Shown here in pieces: positions 59,976-64,000 of a stretch of 64,000 bases of DNA. Below the pieces are notes generated by a model. It was not told where the DNA came from, made no database searches, and worked only from the letters and a program-made list of their open reading frames with translations. Location: positions 434,001 to 498,000 of the forward strand of contig NW_003314315.1 of the NCBI RefSeq assembly GCF_000143415.4. Direction: 5' to 3'. Made by a program: the position numbers and the translations under genes. The first letter of the stretch is position 1, and each line of letters begins with the position of its first letter. The DNA comes from Selaginella moellendorffii. Lineage: Eukaryota; Plantae; Lycopodiophyta.

Positions 59976-61337
59976 AGTAAGAGCTGAGGTACAGCACTGT
60001 ATATTTGTGTTTTATTTTTAAAGAGACGTTATTAGCAGAAACTTCCAACTTTCGAGAAAGCATGGTAGAGAATGTCACTTTTTGAGATAGACTTCTGGAG
60101 AATCCCTGTTTTTCAAGGCAAGAATCCACCATTCTCTCTTCATTTTCAATGAGAAATTTGTCTAGCATGACTGAGTAACGACTGCTAAAATTTATGTGGA
60201 AAACTTTAGAACACAGAAGTTACAAGTTGGTCTTTCATTGAGAATGAGCATGTGCTCTAGTTTTTTTATAGGATGCTGTTGGTTGGACAACAAGGACTTA
60301 CGACATTGTTCTATTGGTTCTTTGGATGAGCAATGCATCAAGGTTCAAGTATGAAAGTTTTCAATCAGGTCTGAGCCAGTAAGTAGAGTCTCTTGAGGAA
60401 ATTCTTAAGGAATGTTACAATCAGAATCAAAATTTCCTATAGATTTGGAAATGGAACCTCTGACCAGAGCTCCAGTTTTTCAAGCCTTCTGCCAATTCTC
60501 TGGATTGATGAGATCTCATCAATCCAACACGCAGCTTTGGCAGCCACAATTATGTCCAGAGAATTGTTGCTCCTGCCTGTGTCATGAGTCCCTTCAATTC
60601 CATGTCTCTGCAATTGAGGCACTTGCAAGCTTGCTCAGTCCTTGATTAAAAATCCATCAATATGACCAAAGCAATACTTGTCTTTCTATTCTGAGCAGAA
60701 ATGCAAAAGTTAATCCTAAGGACTTAACTATTGCCAAAGCATTATTGAGTTGATGATGTTATATGGGATCACTACTAAAGAAATTTAGAATTGGACAAAG
60801 CAGTAAAGTGTAAAAATGTGAGCCATTTCCTTGTAATGGTTTACCTCTTGACAAACTAATTTGTCTTTAGACTCTTAAAGAGAAATTCACATAAGAGCTA
60901 TAAGAAGTTAGTGCAAGCAAAGCAGGAAGGGAAATAGTAATGGTAATAAAAGAAGGAACTTGGTGCATTGTTCTTTTTTTAAATAAATTTGCAACCATGA
61001 ACAGTTTGAAATCCAAAAAACATCTTTGAAGACTTAATTTTGTGTAATAGCTACATTCATTGCTAGTATATTCTAAATATATCCATTCATTTACACATGC
61101 TGGAGCCCAAAAATGGGCCCAGTATCCAAACAAAGCTTGTGCAAAGTAAGACCAGAACAGATTAGAGAGAGGAAGAAATCAAGATCTTTGCCCTGGTAGA
61201 TCTTTTGAGATAATTGCCTGAGAACTGAACCGAAGCCCATTGGACCAGGATCATGGCAGATTAGGAGCTTCCAATCTAACCTTCGCACAAAGCAAAATTA
61301 ATAAACACACTCTGTTTATTATAGTCAATATGTTTGA

Positions 61338-62901
61338 CTACTTGCGGAGAAGTGGAACCAATGCAAGTGGACGAGCCCGCATGAGCGTGAACCCGACCCC
61401 CTCGCCCACGTCCACCTCTTTACCATCCGGTGTTGTCCAGTTGAACCTGTAGAGAAGATTGGCAAGAACGAGATGAACAGCAGTCAACCCCAAGTTCATC
61501 CCCGGGCAGGATCGCCGGCCAAAGCCAAACGTCATGAGTTCCACGGCCGCATTGAATTCGCTGCTCATCCTCTCCGGGATGAACTCCAGAGGGTTCTCCC
61601 AGATTTTTGGATCCCGGCCGATGGCGTAGAGGTTGATCAACACTTGGGTCTTGGCTGGGATCATGTAGCCAGCTTCTTCAAGCTTTCATACACGTTGATA
61701 ACAAATTCAGAGATCTAGCGAGGATCAAACCTTTTAGACTACTTACCTTACACTCGGCGGTGGATTCGCGTGGAACCATGAGTGGCGCCGGAGGGTGCTT
61801 GCGCAGGGTCTCCTTGACAATCGCGCCGAGGTACTTGAGCTTGGGAATGTCGGCCTCGCTCACCATGGCGCTACTAGCAGGGATCACGTCGTCCAATTCC
61901 TTCTGGGCTTTTGCCAAGATTTGTGGATGAAGAAGTAGCTCCGTGAGAGCCCATCCTATCGCTGTGGCAGTCGTGTCCAGCCCTGCACTCACAGCATCCT
62001 AGCAAGAGCGGCCAGCGAGTTAGTCAACACTCAAGTCAACCCCCAGTCTTACCAGCATGAGGCACCGGATGGTAAGATCTGACATGTTGTCGAGCGAGAG
62101 CAAGACGTCCAGGAAGCTCTCGCCGCCATGTCCTTGCTTGGCTATAGAGGATCGGTGCTCTTCAATGTGTGCTTGAAGCAAGCCATGGAAATTATCTGCT
62201 AAGATCCTCAGCTTGGGCAGCGAGGGATCCATCCATTTTAGCGATGGGATGTAATCGCCGATGTGTAGGCTCCCGCCCAGCTCGTTCCCCTGGCGGATCA
62301 AGTGGAGGAAATCTTTGGCATCGAAGGTCCGGCTCGTCCCAAACACGAGCGTTTGCATGATCTCCAAGGTGAGGACGGTGAGCTCCTGGGTCATGTTCAC
62401 CGTTCTTCCCAGATTCTGGGAGAGCATCGCCAGGAACTTCTCCATCTCCACTTGCCTCACTGCCGCAAAGCTCCCCACGCGGCGCGCGGTGAAGAGCTCG
62501 AGCGTGCAGATCTTGCGGAGCTCCCTCCATCTCGCGCCATAGCGCGCGAAGACGAGATCGTCTGGGAGGATCGCCTCGGCAAACGTGAGCGATGGCCGCG
62601 AGGAGAAGGTCCTGTCGTGGGACTTGAGGATCTCTTGGGCGATCTTGGCTGAGGAGATGACGATCGTGGGGGTGTAGCCCAGGCGGAGGTAGAAGATCGG
62701 GCCGAGCTTCTTGGCGAGATCGAAGAGGATGAGATGTGGCCCGCGGGAAGTGCTGGCCAGGAGTGGAATGTGGCCGAGGATTGGAAAGGCCCGGGGGCTT
62801 GGAGGCATGACATGGGAGCTGCGTGATTTAGATCGATCATAGCAGAAGATCACCAAGAAGAAAGAAGCCAAGAAGGCGAAAAAAACTGTGATGTGCTCCA
62901 T
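61338..62901 (-). CDS. Cytochrome P450, CYP71 clan, copy 3 (3 exons, appears intact)
   Basis: Same motifs as copy 1; exon 1 open; ATG at 62901. Confidence 0.94.
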
Positions 62902-63539
62902 GGAAGTTTGGAAATGTAGTGTGTCCTTATAAACACTTAAAAAGGTGGAATTTTCTATGACGGAAACTTCTATAAGCTGGAAGCGAGAAACAACCCTTCT
63001 ACGTTTTGAAGTAAAACATAAACACCCTTTTCTGGTCTTATTTCGATCTAAAAAAATGCAAGGTTTCAAAATTGAAGGCCCATCTCGTGCGTCTTCTTCC
63101 TGCTACTCCTCCTCGTCTTCAATTCTTCGTGTAAATCGTAAATCGCATCATATTCCTCCTAGATTCTGGAAAGATGCTTTTAAACCTTTTTGGACTGAAA
63201 TAACGTAAAGAGCTAGACCTTGCTAAATTTTGAGGTCACTTTTATTGAAAGTACATGGTCAACACACTTCAGTTGACTCCCGGTTGTTCAGCATTAGAGA
63301 CTGATTTTGTTACGCATGATTTTGAATTTGTGCATTCTAATCCGGTACCTAATGGTCAGCTTCTGCAAGTTATGTGATTTAAAGCTGTGGGATAGAGGAC
63401 GTCCATCCGTAGTCAAATTTTATGACCTGATAGACAAGGTTTCCCTTTTGTTGTGAAGGACTTATGTTGTTGTTTTGGAGAGACCATTTACGTTCAATTG
63501 GGAGACCAATTTACCTATTGTACGAATTTCGTTAAAATC

Positions 63540-64000
63540 AAGTTCTAGCAAAGCCAAGTCTCAATAAAGGAAGAAGAAAGAAATGAAAGTTCCATCTCTC
63601 ATCCAATCCAACCTTCTTAACATGGAAGTCCACGATCACAGCTTGGCATGGCTTGCGAGCGCAACGCACAAAGACCATAGCCCGTTCCCTCGAATCGTTA
63701 CCGCCATCACCGTCAGCCACAGCAGCCGCCTTGCCAAACCTCCAGAAAGATCTCCATGAACGAATCCCCGAAACTCTTCGTCCATCTCTCGCAAAGCCTC
63801 CCTCGGCCGTTGATTAGCGCTGCCGTTTTGAGGCTCTTCGTCCGGATGGTCTTCACGAGTTTCTGTGAGTGAGGAGCAGTCGTCTAGTTCCTGTACCGCT
63901 TGATACCTTGAATCCCTGGCACTGCCGTTGGACGCCCGGTCCGGCACGCCTGGCGATTGTGCGTCTCCTGGACTGATGGAAAGAACTTCATCTCTGGAGT
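63540..64000 (-). other. Possible 3' portion of an unidentified gene extending beyond the window
   Basis: GC-rich coding-like ORF with a hydrophobic end; no recognisable motif. Confidence 0.25.

Larger units (their letters stand above)
58648..62938 (-). repeat. Right arm of ~4.4-kb inverted repeat
   Basis: Reverse complement of 47319-51827. Confidence 0.95.

Noticed and set aside
62902-63069. N-terminal extension of P450 copy 3 shown in the ORF track
   Set aside because: Begins at a non-ATG codon upstream of the TATA box (~62928-62932); paralogs start at MEHIT.

Overview
Gene-dense plant nuclear DNA with very short GT-AG introns, GC-rich coding sequence and PLS-class PPR genes; most consistent with a lycophyte such as Selaginella (inferred, not database-confirmed). 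1-17.6 kb: CAF1, then a tandemly duplicated block carrying an orphan helical-repeat gene, a four-member family of small orphan 'K/R-YNL(R)' proteins with a shared promoter, a copia-derived TRIM, an AT-rich GDSL lipase, pseudogenes and a full-length PLS-E PPR gene. 17.7-31.6 kb: ordinary genes (CNGC, BRF1, AGCVIII kinase, DUF952, a 2-TM protein, PPR, dual-specificity phosphatase). 31.6-63 kb: a candidate specialised-metabolism cluster with 3 UGTs, a frameshifted dirigent gene and 3 near-identical CYP71-clan P450s in nested inverted repeats around decayed Gypsy sequence. Best leads: (1) a 270-nt MIRNA-like fold-back just 3' of the first P450 that carries a perfect 23-nt match to the coding sequence of all three P450s; (2) the P450/UGT/dirigent cluster itself; (3) the orphan YNLR family; (4) a Cassandra-like LTR containing a 5S rRNA promoter segment; (5) tRNA-like A/B-box elements in the CNGC/BRF1 divergent promoter. 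All alignments were done by eye.
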